A DNA stretch of 64,000 nucleotides from Gemmatimonadota bacterium. GTDB taxonomy: Bacteria; Gemmatimonadota; Gemmatimonadetes; Longimicrobiales; Gaopeijiaceae. The translations under genes were made by a program, and so were the position numbers. The notes under the pieces were generated by a model. It made no database searches and was not told the DNA's origin. It was given only the letters and a program-made list of their open reading frames with translations. The stretch spans positions 86,492-150,491 of the forward strand of contig JAPPGF010000009.1 of NCBI GenBank assembly GCA_028875075.1, in the 5' to 3' direction. Shown in pieces: positions 55,587 to 64,000 of this stretch. Position 1 is the first letter of the stretch, and each line of letters starts with the position of its first letter.

Positions 55587-55880
55587 GCCGAGTCGGCGGC
55601 GGTTCGGTCAGGTACTGTCGTGTGTCCGGGCTCTTGAAGCAGCCCTTGTTGGCCGCGGGCCCGCATGGTGTTCGTGAGATCGGATCCGAATCGGCGAGCC
55701 GCGGACGGTCTCCTGCGCCGCCTGGAGGACGCCGGCGTCGCCGGAAGCGTTGTCTGACGGTTCGTCCCGCCCGCGCAGGGGATCGTGGCGGACCGTGGGT
55801 CATCGCGGCAGGAGCTGCCGCAGTTCGAGGCTGACGAGATCACGCGCCTACCCTGACGACCCCCGGCCAGTGGCTCGCCG

Positions 55881-58199
55881 CTACCCTCCCAGCACGTTGA
55901 GCTGCCGGGTGAATTTCACGATCAACGACCGCGCCAGCGGACCACTCTCGACGAAGCGTCCGCCGTTGGGGTTGAGCCCGTCGTGGAAGTTGAAGCCCTG
56001 CACGTTGTTGTAGACGATGAACAGCCCGGTTCCGGCCGTGTTCAGCCAGCCGAAGCGAAGGTTGGCGGACCACGCGTCTATCTGACTGGAGCGCTGGATC
56101 AACGACTGCACGTAGATGCGCGGCGTGAAGAAGTAGCCGAGGTTCAGCCCCAGCAAGACCGTCTCGAACTTCCCCTCGGGGAGATCGACGTCGAAGTAGT
56201 TGATGCGGGCGGATGTGCTGAACGACGCGTTCGGCCGGAAGGTGAGGGAGGCGTCACCGCCCCAGCGGCTGCCGCTCAGGAAGCTGCCGGCGTTGACGCT
56301 GGACGACAACGACAGCCGGGCGGCCGCGTTCGTGTTGAAGACCAGGTTCGTCTCCCAGCCGCGATACGTCCCCTCGGGCACCACCACGTCCGTGCCGAAA
56401 ATCCGGAACGGCCGGTAGAGCCCCTCGGTGACCAGGTTCATGCCGGTGTAGATCTGCGCCCCCGAGGGCCACTCCCAATGTACGTCGATGTGCAGAAAGC
56501 CCGATTCCTGGAAGCCCTTTTCGACCCCGGTCTTGCGGCTGCGGAACGTGTTGTACATGACGTGCGGCCGGATTTCGCGGAGCCACGCGGGCCGGACCTT
56601 GTACATCACGAAGGCCCGGTAGTACCGGAATCCGCGGCGCGGCAGGAAGCCCACCTCCGGGTTGAACCCCTCGCCGATTTCCCGGACCGCGGCCGTAATA
56701 TCGAGGTCCCGGCTGGTCCAGCCTGTCGAGAGATCCCAGGCGTATTCCCCGCCAGCGGTTCCCGGTCCGTCCGTTCTCGACGCGAAGCTGCTGAGGGTGA
56801 TCGCCTCTCCGATACCCAGCGCGCCGTCGAGAGCATAGGTGCGATTGAAGTCGCCTTCGCGTCCACCCCTGTTGATGAACAGGCCGCCGATCCTAGAACG
56901 ATTGGGCAGCTCCCTGGCCACCCGCGCCACCGAGTATCCTTGCGGGTCCTGTAGCCCGTCGACTCCATCGGTCTCGATGTGCAGCAGCCCGACGTTCATC
57001 CCCGCGGTCCGCCCGGAGAGCCGCGCACCCCCCTTGATCGGTACCGGCTGACCGTCCGCGATGCCGATGGCGCGGCTGAAGAAGAGGTCCGCGCCTGCTC
57101 CTCCGACGTTGAAGAACCCCGCGTTCTCGAGGAAGAACGGCCGCTTCTCCGGGAAGTTGAGACGGAAGCGCGTAAGGTTGAGCTGCTGGTCGTCGACCTC
57201 GACCTGGGCGAAGTCGGTGTTGTACGTCAAATCCAGCGTGAGCCCCTGGGTGACCTGGAACTTGGCGTCGCCCCCGACGTTGCCGTCCTCACCGAAGCCG
57301 GTCTCGGTGGCGCTGGTGTAGTCGCGCGCGATCGAGCCCAGCACGTAAGGGGTCATGGTGGCGAGGCGCCGGAACGGAGGCCGCAATCCTTCGAGATCCC
57401 CGGCGTAGTTCAGGCGGTAGAGGTTGAATTCGCGCGGCACCGGGGTCCAGAACGACTCTTCGTTCAGGCGCCGGATGCGCCGCGCCACGTTGAAGCCCCA
57501 GGCCTCCGCGTCGTTCCCGTAGCGCAGCGTGCTGAAGGGGATGCGGAACTCGGCGTACCAGCCTTCCCCGTCGGTCGTGGTCGCGACGGTCCAACTGCCG
57601 TCCCAGTTCTTGTTGAAGCCCCCGCCCGAGCCCGACTGGAAGCGCTGGCGCGAGTTGAATCCGCCGCCTCCGAAGCGGCCGCCGCCCCGCCCCTCGTTGG
57701 CAACCTGGCCATCGTACTCGATGCCGGTGGGGGTAGTGCCGAAGATGAAGCCGTTCTGGTCGTCGTTGTACGTGTCCAGAACGAAGACGATGGCATCGCT
57801 CTCCGTCACCTCGAAGTCGCGAATGCGCTCGCCGTAGGTGATGTTTTCGGGTTGGCTGTCGAACGCCCAGACGCCCACGTAGAGGGCCTCGGCGTCGAAT
57901 ACGACCCGGACCTCGGTGCGCTCGCTGGCCGGCTGCCCGTCCATGGGCTCGCGCTGGGTGAAGCCGGTCATGACCTGGGCCTGCTGCCAGGCCGCCTCGT
58001 CAAGGCGGCCATCGACCGTGGGCGCCTCGGTGACCTCTGCCGCTGTGGCAATCACCGAAAGCGGAACCCCCGAGCCCCCGTTGCCGGGATCCATCTGCGC
58101 GTTCTGGGCAAGCAAAGGGCCGGCGGCAAGGAAGGTGGCGGCGCCGAGAGCGATGGCGACGCCAGAGCGGTGCTCTGGGCGTGTCGCTCGGGCGATCAT
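55881..58199 (-). CDS. CBM9-like + DUF5916-type outer-membrane protein (paralog 2)
   Basis: VDGRLDEAAWQQAQVMTGFTQREP...VRVVFDAEALYVGVWAFD...IVFVLDTYNDDQNGFIFGTTPTGIEYD...GWYAEFRIPFSTLRYG. The ATG at 58199 overlaps the doxX-like TGA (ATGA). Confidence 0.8.
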   Translation of the reverse strand: MIARATRPEHRSGVAIALGAATFLAAGPLLAQNAQMDPGNGGSGVPLSVIATAAEVTEAPTVDGRLDEAAWQQAQVMTGFTQREPMDGQPASERTEVRVVFDAEALYVGVWAFDSQPENITYGERIRDFEVTESDAIVFVLDTYNDDQNGFIFGTTPTGIEYDGQVANEGRGGGRFGGGGFNSRQRFQSGSGGGFNKNWDGSWTVATTTDGEGWYAEFRIPFSTLRYGNDAEAWGFNVARRIRRLNEESFWTPVPREFNLYRLNYAGDLEGLRPPFRRLATMTPYVLGSIARDYTSATETGFGEDGNVGGDAKFQVTQGLTLDLTYNTDFAQVEVDDQQLNLTRFRLNFPEKRPFFLENAGFFNVGGAGADLFFSRAIGIADGQPVPIKGGARLSGRTAGMNVGLLHIETDGVDGLQDPQGYSVARVARELPNRSRIGGLFINRGGREGDFNRTYALDGALGIGEAITLSSFASRTDGPGTAGGEYAWDLSTGWTSRDLDITAAVREIGEGFNPEVGFLPRRGFRYYRAFVMYKVRPAWLREIRPHVMYNTFRSRKTGVEKGFQESGFLHIDVHWEWPSGAQIYTGMNLVTEGLYRPFRIFGTDVVVPEGTYRGWETNLVFNTNAAARLSLSSSVNAGSFLSGSRWGGDASLTFRPNASFSTSARINYFDVDLPEGKFETVLLGLNLGYFFTPRIYVQSLIQRSSQIDAWSANLRFGWLNTAGTGLFIVYNNVQGFNFHDGLNPNGGRFVESGPLARSLIVKFTRQLNVLGG

Positions 58200-58606
58200 G
58201 CCTGCCCCTTGGAAGTTCTGCTCGTCCGCCACGCGTCCAGCGAGTACCTGCCCGGGCCGTTGGCGAAGAAGAAGAGCCAGGTGAAGCAGTACAACATCGC
58301 CAGCTCGCCCCGGTTCATGATCGGCCAGAACCCCTGCGGCAGGTGGGCGATGAGGTAGGCCACGGCCATCTCGCCCGCGAGAATGAACGCCACCGGGCGG
58401 GTAAAGAGCCCCGCGGCAAGGAGCAGGCCTCCGCCAAACTCCAGGATGCCGGCGAGACCGGGCCGGCTCAGCAGCGTCTCCACCTGGTTCCCACCGAGCG
58501 CCCCGAACAGCTTCTGGACTCCGTGCTGCATGAACAGCAGCGCCGCCACGATGCGGAGGACGTTGAGGGTCAGTTCGTTGAATCCGCCGCGGTTGGTGTC
58601 TCTCAT
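58196..58606 (-). CDS. DoxX-family membrane protein
   Basis: LNVLRIVAALLFMQHGVQKLFG...LEFGGGLLLAAGLFTRPVAFILAGEMAVAY...GPGRYSLD. Confidence 0.8.
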   Translation of the reverse strand: MRDTNRGGFNELTLNVLRIVAALLFMQHGVQKLFGALGGNQVETLLSRPGLAGILEFGGGLLLAAGLFTRPVAFILAGEMAVAYLIAHLPQGFWPIMNRGELAMLYCFTWLFFFANGPGRYSLDAWRTSRTSKGQA

Positions 58607-59109
58607 GGCCTGCCTCTAGCGTCAAGGTGGATGCTGCCGGCGGAGGAAGCGGTCCCTCCTCCGGTCAAAGCTTCGTCTACGCTGAAACGACCCCCGACCC
58701 GGGCTTTTCGCTGACCCTGAACCCGCCGTATCCGGCCTCTCGCCCGGCACTTCCCGGGGACCGTCGTCGCTCCGGTGGACCGATTCAGCCGTCGAGTGGC
58801 TCGCAGGACGCGCGGGCCGTGCGGATGCGCGACCACCTCCAGTCGTCCGTACGCGGGCGTCACGTCGTCGACCGCTTCGGAGAGATCCGATGTTCGAGCG
58901 TCACGGGTCGATTCCCACAGAGTAATTTGGAAGGGTCGGCTGCCTGCCTGGCGTCGTCACGGCCAGTCTGGGTTCGACCTCCGACCGGGAGCAGCATTAA
59001 CAGTACAAGACCTCATCGCCTTGACCAAAGACATGGTTGTGACGATCCTAATCGGCTCGAATCGATAATAATTTCTTGATGACCACGACCGGGGCGCGCT
59101 TCCAGAGTC

Positions 59110-59421
59110 ATGTACGCGGTGTTCCAGACCGGCGGAAAACAGTTCCGGGCTGAGCCGGGTGACCGGATAAGGGTGCCCTCCCTGGAGGCGGAGCCGGGAG
59201 AGACGATCACGTTCGAGCGCGTGCTGGTGGCTTCGAACGGCTCCGACGTCTCTATAGGAGCGCCTCTGGTCGACGGGGCCAGCGTGACCGCCGAGGTCGT
59301 CCGACACGGACGGGACAAGAAGGTTGTGGTCTTCAGGCGCAAGCGCCGCAAGGGCTATCGCCGCAAGAAAGGGCACCGCCAGGGGTTCACCGAAGTGCGG
59401 GTGAGCCAGGTGGTCCTCTGA
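59110..59421 (+). CDS. rplU: 50S ribosomal protein L21
   Basis: MYAVFQTGGKQFR...KVVVFRRKRRKGYRRKKGHRQ. Confidence 0.95.
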   Translation: MYAVFQTGGKQFRAEPGDRIRVPSLEAEPGETITFERVLVASNGSDVSIGAPLVDGASVTAEVVRHGRDKKVVVFRRKRRKGYRRKKGHRQGFTEVRVSQVVL

Positions 59422-59445
59422 GCGGCGGACAGGAGAGACCCACGC

Positions 59446-59700
59446 ATGGCCCACAAGAAGGGAGTCGGCTCCAGCCGCAACGGTCGCGACAGCAACCCCC
59501 AGCATCTGGGCGTGAAGCGGTACGGGGGCCAACACGTGACCTCCGGCTCGATCCTGGTCCGCCAGAAGGGGACCCGGTTCCACCCTGGGAGGAACGTCAA
59601 GAAGGGTAGCGACGACACCCTGTTCGCCGTGTCGGACGGTGTCGTCCGTTTCGAGAGGTTCCGCGGCCGGAAGGCCGTGTCGGTCCATCCTGTCGTCTAG
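59446..59700 (+). CDS. rpmA: 50S ribosomal protein L27
   Basis: [29 protein letters not shown]...[24 protein letters not shown]. Confidence 0.95.
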   Translation: MAHKKGVGSSRNGRDSNPQHLGVKRYGGQHVTSGSILVRQKGTRFHPGRNVKKGSDDTLFAVSDGVVRFERFRGRKAVSVHPVV

Positions 59701-59992
59701 ACGATCCAGCGCTACAGTACCGAAGATCGGTCCCGTGGAAGGTCGCTCGATGGGCCTTCCCTCGTCTTGCCGGGAGACGACTGGGAGCTAGTTCCACGTC
59801 CGCCCGGTCCCTCGAGCGAACGGCGAACAGGAGGTGTGAGGACGCGATGGGCCGGATACGACGATACCAAGGAGTGCAAGAAAGTTGACTTATCTCCAAC
59901 TACTCCCGCGCCCGCCGCGGGGGCATGCCGGCAGGGCTGCGGCAGATAGGGTCGGCAACGAATGTTCGGGGCGCCCGCGAGTGCGCGTGACG

Positions 59993-60955
59993 ATGTCCGG
60001 CTGCCCAGCGGGGCCGGCCCGGTTCGGCTGGCTTCGTGCCGCCGCGGTTCTCCTGCCGGTGGCGATGGGAGCCGGTTCGCTGGCCGTCGCCGGAGACCCC
60101 GGCGCTCAGCCCGTCGCTGTGGCGGATCCCGAGCCGGAACCACCCGTGGCGAGTGCACCCTTCCCGGTCGAGTCCAACGCCCGGGTCGGCAAGTGGATCC
60201 GCCGCTACGTGAGCGAAGACAGGGAGACCTTTCGGGTCTCTCTGGCCCGCGAAGGTCGGTTCGGCGAGCTCATTCGCGGGAAGCTGAAGGAGCGGCAGAT
60301 GCCGCAGGAGCTGCTCTACCTCGCGATGATCGAGTCCGGCTTCTCCCCGGAGGCGACGTCGCGGTCCTCAGCCGCCGGCATATGGCAGTTCATGTCTCCC
60401 ACCGCGACGGATTTCGGGCTCAGGGTCGACGAATGGGTCGACGAGCGCCGCGACCCCGTCAGGGCCACTGACGCGGCGCTCGACTATCTCGCCGTCCTTC
60501 ACCAGCGCTACGGGTCCTGGTATCTGGCGGTCGCGGCGTACAACGCCGGTCCGTCCCGAGTGGACCAAGCGCTGGCTGGCTACCCGGGTGGGCACTGGGG
60601 CAACGACGCAGCCTACTGGGACATCATCGGAGAACTTCCGCCCGAGACGCGCGATTACGTGCCCAAGATGCTTGCTGCCTCGGCTCTGGCCCGGCACGCC
60701 GAGCCCTACGGCTTCCGCGTGAAGTCGGCTGAGCGCTACGAGTACGACCGGGTCTGGGTGCCCGGCATGACTTTGCTTGTCTCAGTCGCCGAGGCGTTGG
60801 GCGTGGCGACATCGGTGATACGGGAGCTCAACCCGCACCTGGTGCGGAGCGTCTCGCCGCCCGGCGGGTTGTACGAGCTCAGAGTACCCACGGGCGGGGC
60901 TCCGGACGTGGTAGCGGCACTCGTGGGTCGGCAGAAAATCCGAATGGCCGACTAA
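59993..60955 (+). CDS. Lytic transglycosylase (SLT domain) with C-terminal LysM-like region
   Basis: LLYLAMIESGFSPEATSRSSAAGIWQFMSPTA...AVAAYNAGPSRV. ATG 59993 chosen. Confidence 0.8.
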   Translation: MSGCPAGPARFGWLRAAAVLLPVAMGAGSLAVAGDPGAQPVAVADPEPEPPVASAPFPVESNARVGKWIRRYVSEDRETFRVSLAREGRFGELIRGKLKERQMPQELLYLAMIESGFSPEATSRSSAAGIWQFMSPTATDFGLRVDEWVDERRDPVRATDAALDYLAVLHQRYGSWYLAVAAYNAGPSRVDQALAGYPGGHWGNDAAYWDIIGELPPETRDYVPKMLAASALARHAEPYGFRVKSAERYEYDRVWVPGMTLLVSVAEALGVATSVIRELNPHLVRSVSPPGGLYELRVPTGGAPDVVAALVGRQKIRMAD

Positions 60956-61018
60956 GGGATCGTATCGGTGGCGCTGCCTTCCTGCACCGCCATCTGCTGA
61001 CGGTCGTAGCTCTCCAGC

Positions 61019-62758
61019 GTGTTCAACAGAGATTACATTCGGGGGCGTCGTGCTGTGGGGCGCGGGTTTTCCGCCCTGGCGCTCACTTTCCTCCTCCTAG
61101 CGGGGTGCGAGACACGGGAAGGCGTCGATCTGGTTCTGCGGGGCGGCGTTGTGGCCACGGTGGACGCCAACGACGCCGTGGCCGAAGCCGTCGCGATCGA
61201 CGACGCGTGGATCGTGGCGGTGGGCAGCGACGCGGACGTCGGCACCTTGATCGGCTCACGGACCCGGGTCATCGAACTGGACGGCCGGCTCGCCATGCCG
61301 GGCTTCATCGAAGGGCATGGTCACTACATGAGCCTCGGCAATTCGAAGACCATCCTCGACCTCAACGACGTCGCCAACTGGGACGAGATCGTGCAGATGG
61401 TCGCCGACGCAGCGGCCGTGGCCGAGCCCGGCGCGTGGATCCTGGGACGCGGTTGGCATCAGGAGCGGTGGGACAGCCCCCCCGAGCCCGCCGTCGAAGG
61501 CAACCCGACCCACCACTCGCTCACCGCCGTGAGCCCCGAGAACCCCGTACTGCTCGGGCACGCGTCCGGGCACGCCGCCTTCGCGAACGCGCTGGCGATG
61601 GAACTCGGCGGCTACACCCGCGACTCCGAACCCCCGCCCGGCGGCGAACTGGTCCGCGACGAGCACGGGGATCTCACCGGGCTCCTGCGCGAGGCCGCCC
61701 AGGGCCCCGTCCGCGCAGCCTTCGGCGAATCGCAGTCCGGACGCACGGCCGAGGAGATCGACGCCCAGTTCCGGCGCGAGGTGATGCTGGCCGCCGAGGA
61801 AGCGCTCTCCAAGGGCGTGACCTCGTTCCAGGACGCGGGTAGCGGCTTCGGCACCATCGACCGCCTCAAGCAGCTCGAAGAAGAGGGCGCCCTCCCCGTC
61901 CGCCTCTACGTCATGGTCCGCCGTGTGTCCAACGAGGAGATGGACGCGCGTCTCCCTGACTACTACATGCCTTCCGAAGGCGACGACTACCTCACGGTGC
62001 GCTCCATCAAGCGGCAGATCGACGGCGCGCTGGGCTCGCACGGCGCCTGGCTCCTGGAGCCGTACGAGGACATGCCTTCTTCCGTCGGTCTTGTGCTGGA
62101 GGCCGTCGAGGACATCACCGGAACCGCCCACATCGCGCTCAAGCACGGCTTCCAGGTCAACACACACGCGATCGGTGACCGTGCCAACCGCGAGACGCTC
62201 GACATCTACCAGTCCGTCTTCGACTCGGCGGGCAGCGCGGAAGACGTGCGGTGGCGGATCGAGCACGCGCAGCACGTTCACCCGGACGACGTCGCGCGCT
62301 TCGCCGAACTGGGCGTGATCGCCTCCATGCAGGGCGTCCACGCCACCTCGGACGCTCCGTGGGTGCCGCTCCGTCTGGGCGACGCCCGCGCCGAGGAGCG
62401 CACCTATCTCTGGCGCAACTTCCTCGATGCGGGCGTGCTGATCAACAACGGCACCGACGTTCCCGTCGAGGACATCGATCCGCTCGCCAGCTTCCGCTCG
62501 TCGGTCACCCGCCAGAGCGCCGACGGCTCCATCTTTTACCCCGGCCAGAACATGACCCGCACCGAGGCGCTTCGCAGCTACACGATCAACAACGCGTTCG
62601 CCGCCTTCGAGGAGGTGTACAAGGGCTCGCTCGAGGTCGGAAAGCTGGGTGACGTGGTCGTGATCGACCGCAACATCCTGACCGTGCCGGACGAGGAATT
62701 GGCCGACGCGCGCGTCGACGTGACCATCGTCGGTGGGAGGGTTCGGTATAAGCGGTAG
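61019..62758 (+). CDS. Amidohydrolase-family (Amidohydro_3-type) metal-dependent hydrolase lipoprotein
   Basis: Lipobox LLLAG|C. MPGFIEGHGHYM (metal His pair), HAIGDRAN, RIEHAQ, NGTDVPVEDIDP. GTG 61019. Confidence 0.85.
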   Translation: MFNRDYIRGRRAVGRGFSALALTFLLLAGCETREGVDLVLRGGVVATVDANDAVAEAVAIDDAWIVAVGSDADVGTLIGSRTRVIELDGRLAMPGFIEGHGHYMSLGNSKTILDLNDVANWDEIVQMVADAAAVAEPGAWILGRGWHQERWDSPPEPAVEGNPTHHSLTAVSPENPVLLGHASGHAAFANALAMELGGYTRDSEPPPGGELVRDEHGDLTGLLREAAQGPVRAAFGESQSGRTAEEIDAQFRREVMLAAEEALSKGVTSFQDAGSGFGTIDRLKQLEEEGALPVRLYVMVRRVSNEEMDARLPDYYMPSEGDDYLTVRSIKRQIDGALGSHGAWLLEPYEDMPSSVGLVLEAVEDITGTAHIALKHGFQVNTHAIGDRANRETLDIYQSVFDSAGSAEDVRWRIEHAQHVHPDDVARFAELGVIASMQGVHATSDAPWVPLRLGDARAEERTYLWRNFLDAGVLINNGTDVPVEDIDPLASFRSSVTRQSADGSIFYPGQNMTRTEALRSYTINNAFAAFEEVYKGSLEVGKLGDVVVIDRNILTVPDEELADARVDVTIVGGRVRYKR

Positions 62759-63398
62759 AGCGTGGCGGTTCGCGGCGCGGGCCGCGTTCATGGACGGGCG
62801 AGGCGGCGCAGCTGGCGTTATGCCGGGGGAGCAACAAGGGGCTGTCGGCTCGGGTTTGTAGAAATAGTCCGGTTGAAGCTGATCTCGTAGCCGATCTTCC
62901 CGCTTGCGGACGTACCAGGCGCACTGGCACGGTTAACGACGCGGATCTCCTCGGCGGAGCGTTTGTAGCTGTCGAATACGGGTTGAGGGACCTGGCGGCC
63001 GCCCCGGGTGGGTCGGAGTGGGGCCCGTGTTCGATCCGTTTAGCGACGAGTCGCAAATCATCCCACATCACGAAAAGATTGCGCACCAGCGGCATCCCAG
63101 GCCGAGAAGCTCGCCGGCTTGGAGTCGAAGCGGGGAAGGGACTGCCACCCGCTCGGGCGGAGAGTCGCATCGGACCTCATGGACCAACCGTTCAACGCGC
63201 TCTGCGAGCTCGGCGGCTGGGAGGATGCCCAGGCCGTGCTACGTTGTCTCGCGCTGGCCTCACTGCCCTGAAACAAACGGCGAGCCCAGGTGTTTCCGGC
63301 TCGAACAATCCGTACTTGGCCGCTGGCGCAACCAGTAACCGCTCGCGCGGGGTTTCTCGCGCAGCACCAACTTTCACTAAGAGTCAAGCGGTACGATC

Positions 63399-64000
63399 AT
63401 GAGGGCGCTGGGCGTTCGCCCATGGCGGTGGGGTAGCACGGGAGGGACTTCCGGTGCGCTCGTCGCTCTGACCGCTCTCGCGCCAGCGGTTCCCGTCCCG
63501 TCCTGGGCTCAGGCTGCGCCGGCCGTCCCGTCCTGGGCTGTGGCGTCCGGCGACGTACGGGTTCGTTGCCGCCTAACCGTGGGCGGTGCGTTCGAGGCGG
63601 TCACGTCGTCCCTTGCGGGGACTCTCCAGAGCCCAGCGTCGGGCACCGTGTCCTACCCGGGCGAGTTCCGGGTGGATCTCGCGACCCTCGACACCGGAAT
63701 CAACCTTCGCAACGAACATCTCTGGCACAACTACCTGCAGGTCGAACACGGTCCGGCGTTCCGCCACGCCGTGCTCTCCGATATCGCGCTCGAAGCGCCG
63801 TTGCCTGCTCGGACTGGCCATCACGAGACCACGTTCTCGGGCACTCTGGCGTTCCACGGGGTCCGGCGGGCGATCGTGGGCGAGATAGATCTACGCCGCC
63901 GTGACGATCGAGTGCGTGTCGAGGCGGTGTTCACGCTGAGCCTCGACGCGTTCGGCATCCCGCCCCCACGCTACCTGGGCATCGGTGTGCGCGATGTCAT
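63399..64000 (+). CDS. YceI-like periplasmic protein (3'-partial; not in the ORF track because it has no stop in the window)
   Basis: My own translation from ATG 63399. Signal-like N-terminus, then FRVDLATLDTGINLRNEHLWHNYLQVEHGPAFRHAVLSDI...FSGTLAFHGVRRAIVGEIDL...FTLSLDAFGIPPPRYLGIGVRDV. Compare the YceI pattern sidTg...RD.HL....f......P.a.F....G.Lt..Gvt.... Confidence 0.65.
   Translation, partial: MRALGVRPWRWGSTGGTSGALVALTALAPAVPVPSWAQAAPAVPSWAVASGDVRVRCRLTVGGAFEAVTSSLAGTLQSPASGTVSYPGEFRVDLATLDTGINLRNEHLWHNYLQVEHGPAFRHAVLSDIALEAPLPARTGHHETTFSGTLAFHGVRRAIVGEIDLRRRDDRVRVEAVFTLSLDAFGIPPPRYLGIGVRDV

Noticed and set aside
55628-55650. GGGCT-N8-AGCCC followed by TTGTTGG after rng, as an intrinsic terminator
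   Set aside because: The stem is only 5 bp and the loop is large. This is too weak to call.
59037-59069. AT-rich patch with GATAAT (59064-59069) upstream of rplU, as a promoter
   Set aside because: No acceptable -35 lies at 16-19 nt (TTGTGA is 21 nt away, TTGACC further). It is plausible but not supportable from sequence alone.
63029-63037. GTTCGATCC, resembling a tRNA T-loop, within the debris region
   Set aside because: The flanking bases do not form a T-stem, and no acceptor or anticodon arm can be drawn.
1-64000. CRISPR arrays, rRNA/tRNA genes, transposases and integrases
   Set aside because: Reading through, I found no regularly spaced repeats, no rRNA- or tRNA-like conserved blocks, and no DDE, tyrosine- or serine-recombinase motifs. 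This is a visual scan only; tRNAscan/Infernal should confirm it.

Overview
The window is a high-GC bacterial chromosomal segment, roughly two-thirds G+C by eye (not computed). I call about 55 protein-coding genes. I recognise no rRNA, tRNA, CRISPR array, intact transposase or integrase. The gene content includes TonB-dependent receptors with CarboxypepD_reg-type N-termini, a SusC/SusD pair, two CBM9/DUF5916-type outer-membrane proteins, DinB-fold proteins and many lipoproteins. This fits a Gemmatimonadota-like organism, which is an inference only. Core genes are fprA, an RNase G/E-family gene, rplU and rpmA. Envelope and uptake loci lie at 5.3-14.3 kb, 37.4-44.1 kb and 50.6-58.6 kb. The stretch from 18 to 36 kb looks accessory and partly decayed. 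It holds an RHH-PIN toxin-antitoxin pair, orphan PIN and HigB-like remnants, several out-of-frame gene fragments, low-GC patches and a 5.2-kb segment bracketed by 58-bp direct repeats. Adjacent genes in this window often overlap by 4 nt (GTGA at 7327-7330; ATGA at 20896-20899, 43148-43151 and 58196-58199), and I used this to fix starts. I cannot identify one definitive novel system from sequence alone. My ranked candidates are: (1) a tightly coupled ECF sigma / non-ZAS anti-sigma-like / beta-helix-repeat + multi-TM + RDD membrane protein trio at 41.7-44.1 kb, followed on the same strand by an outer-membrane barrel protein and a TonB-dependent receptor; (2) the repeat-bounded 5.2-kb segment at 21.6-26.8 kb, whose first cargo is a stand-alone HD (alarmone-hydrolase-like) plus macrodomain pair; (3) an orphan PPTase / carrier protein / alpha-beta hydrolase cluster with no loading enzyme at 44.3-46.9 kb; (4) a 1.1-kb gap with no convincing ORF upstream of the RNase G gene; (5) an NCS2 permease fused to a degenerate GHKL-like cytoplasmic domain. 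All family assignments come from motif recognition by eye, with no database search. Many long ORFs in the track are antisense or out-of-frame artefacts of the high GC content.
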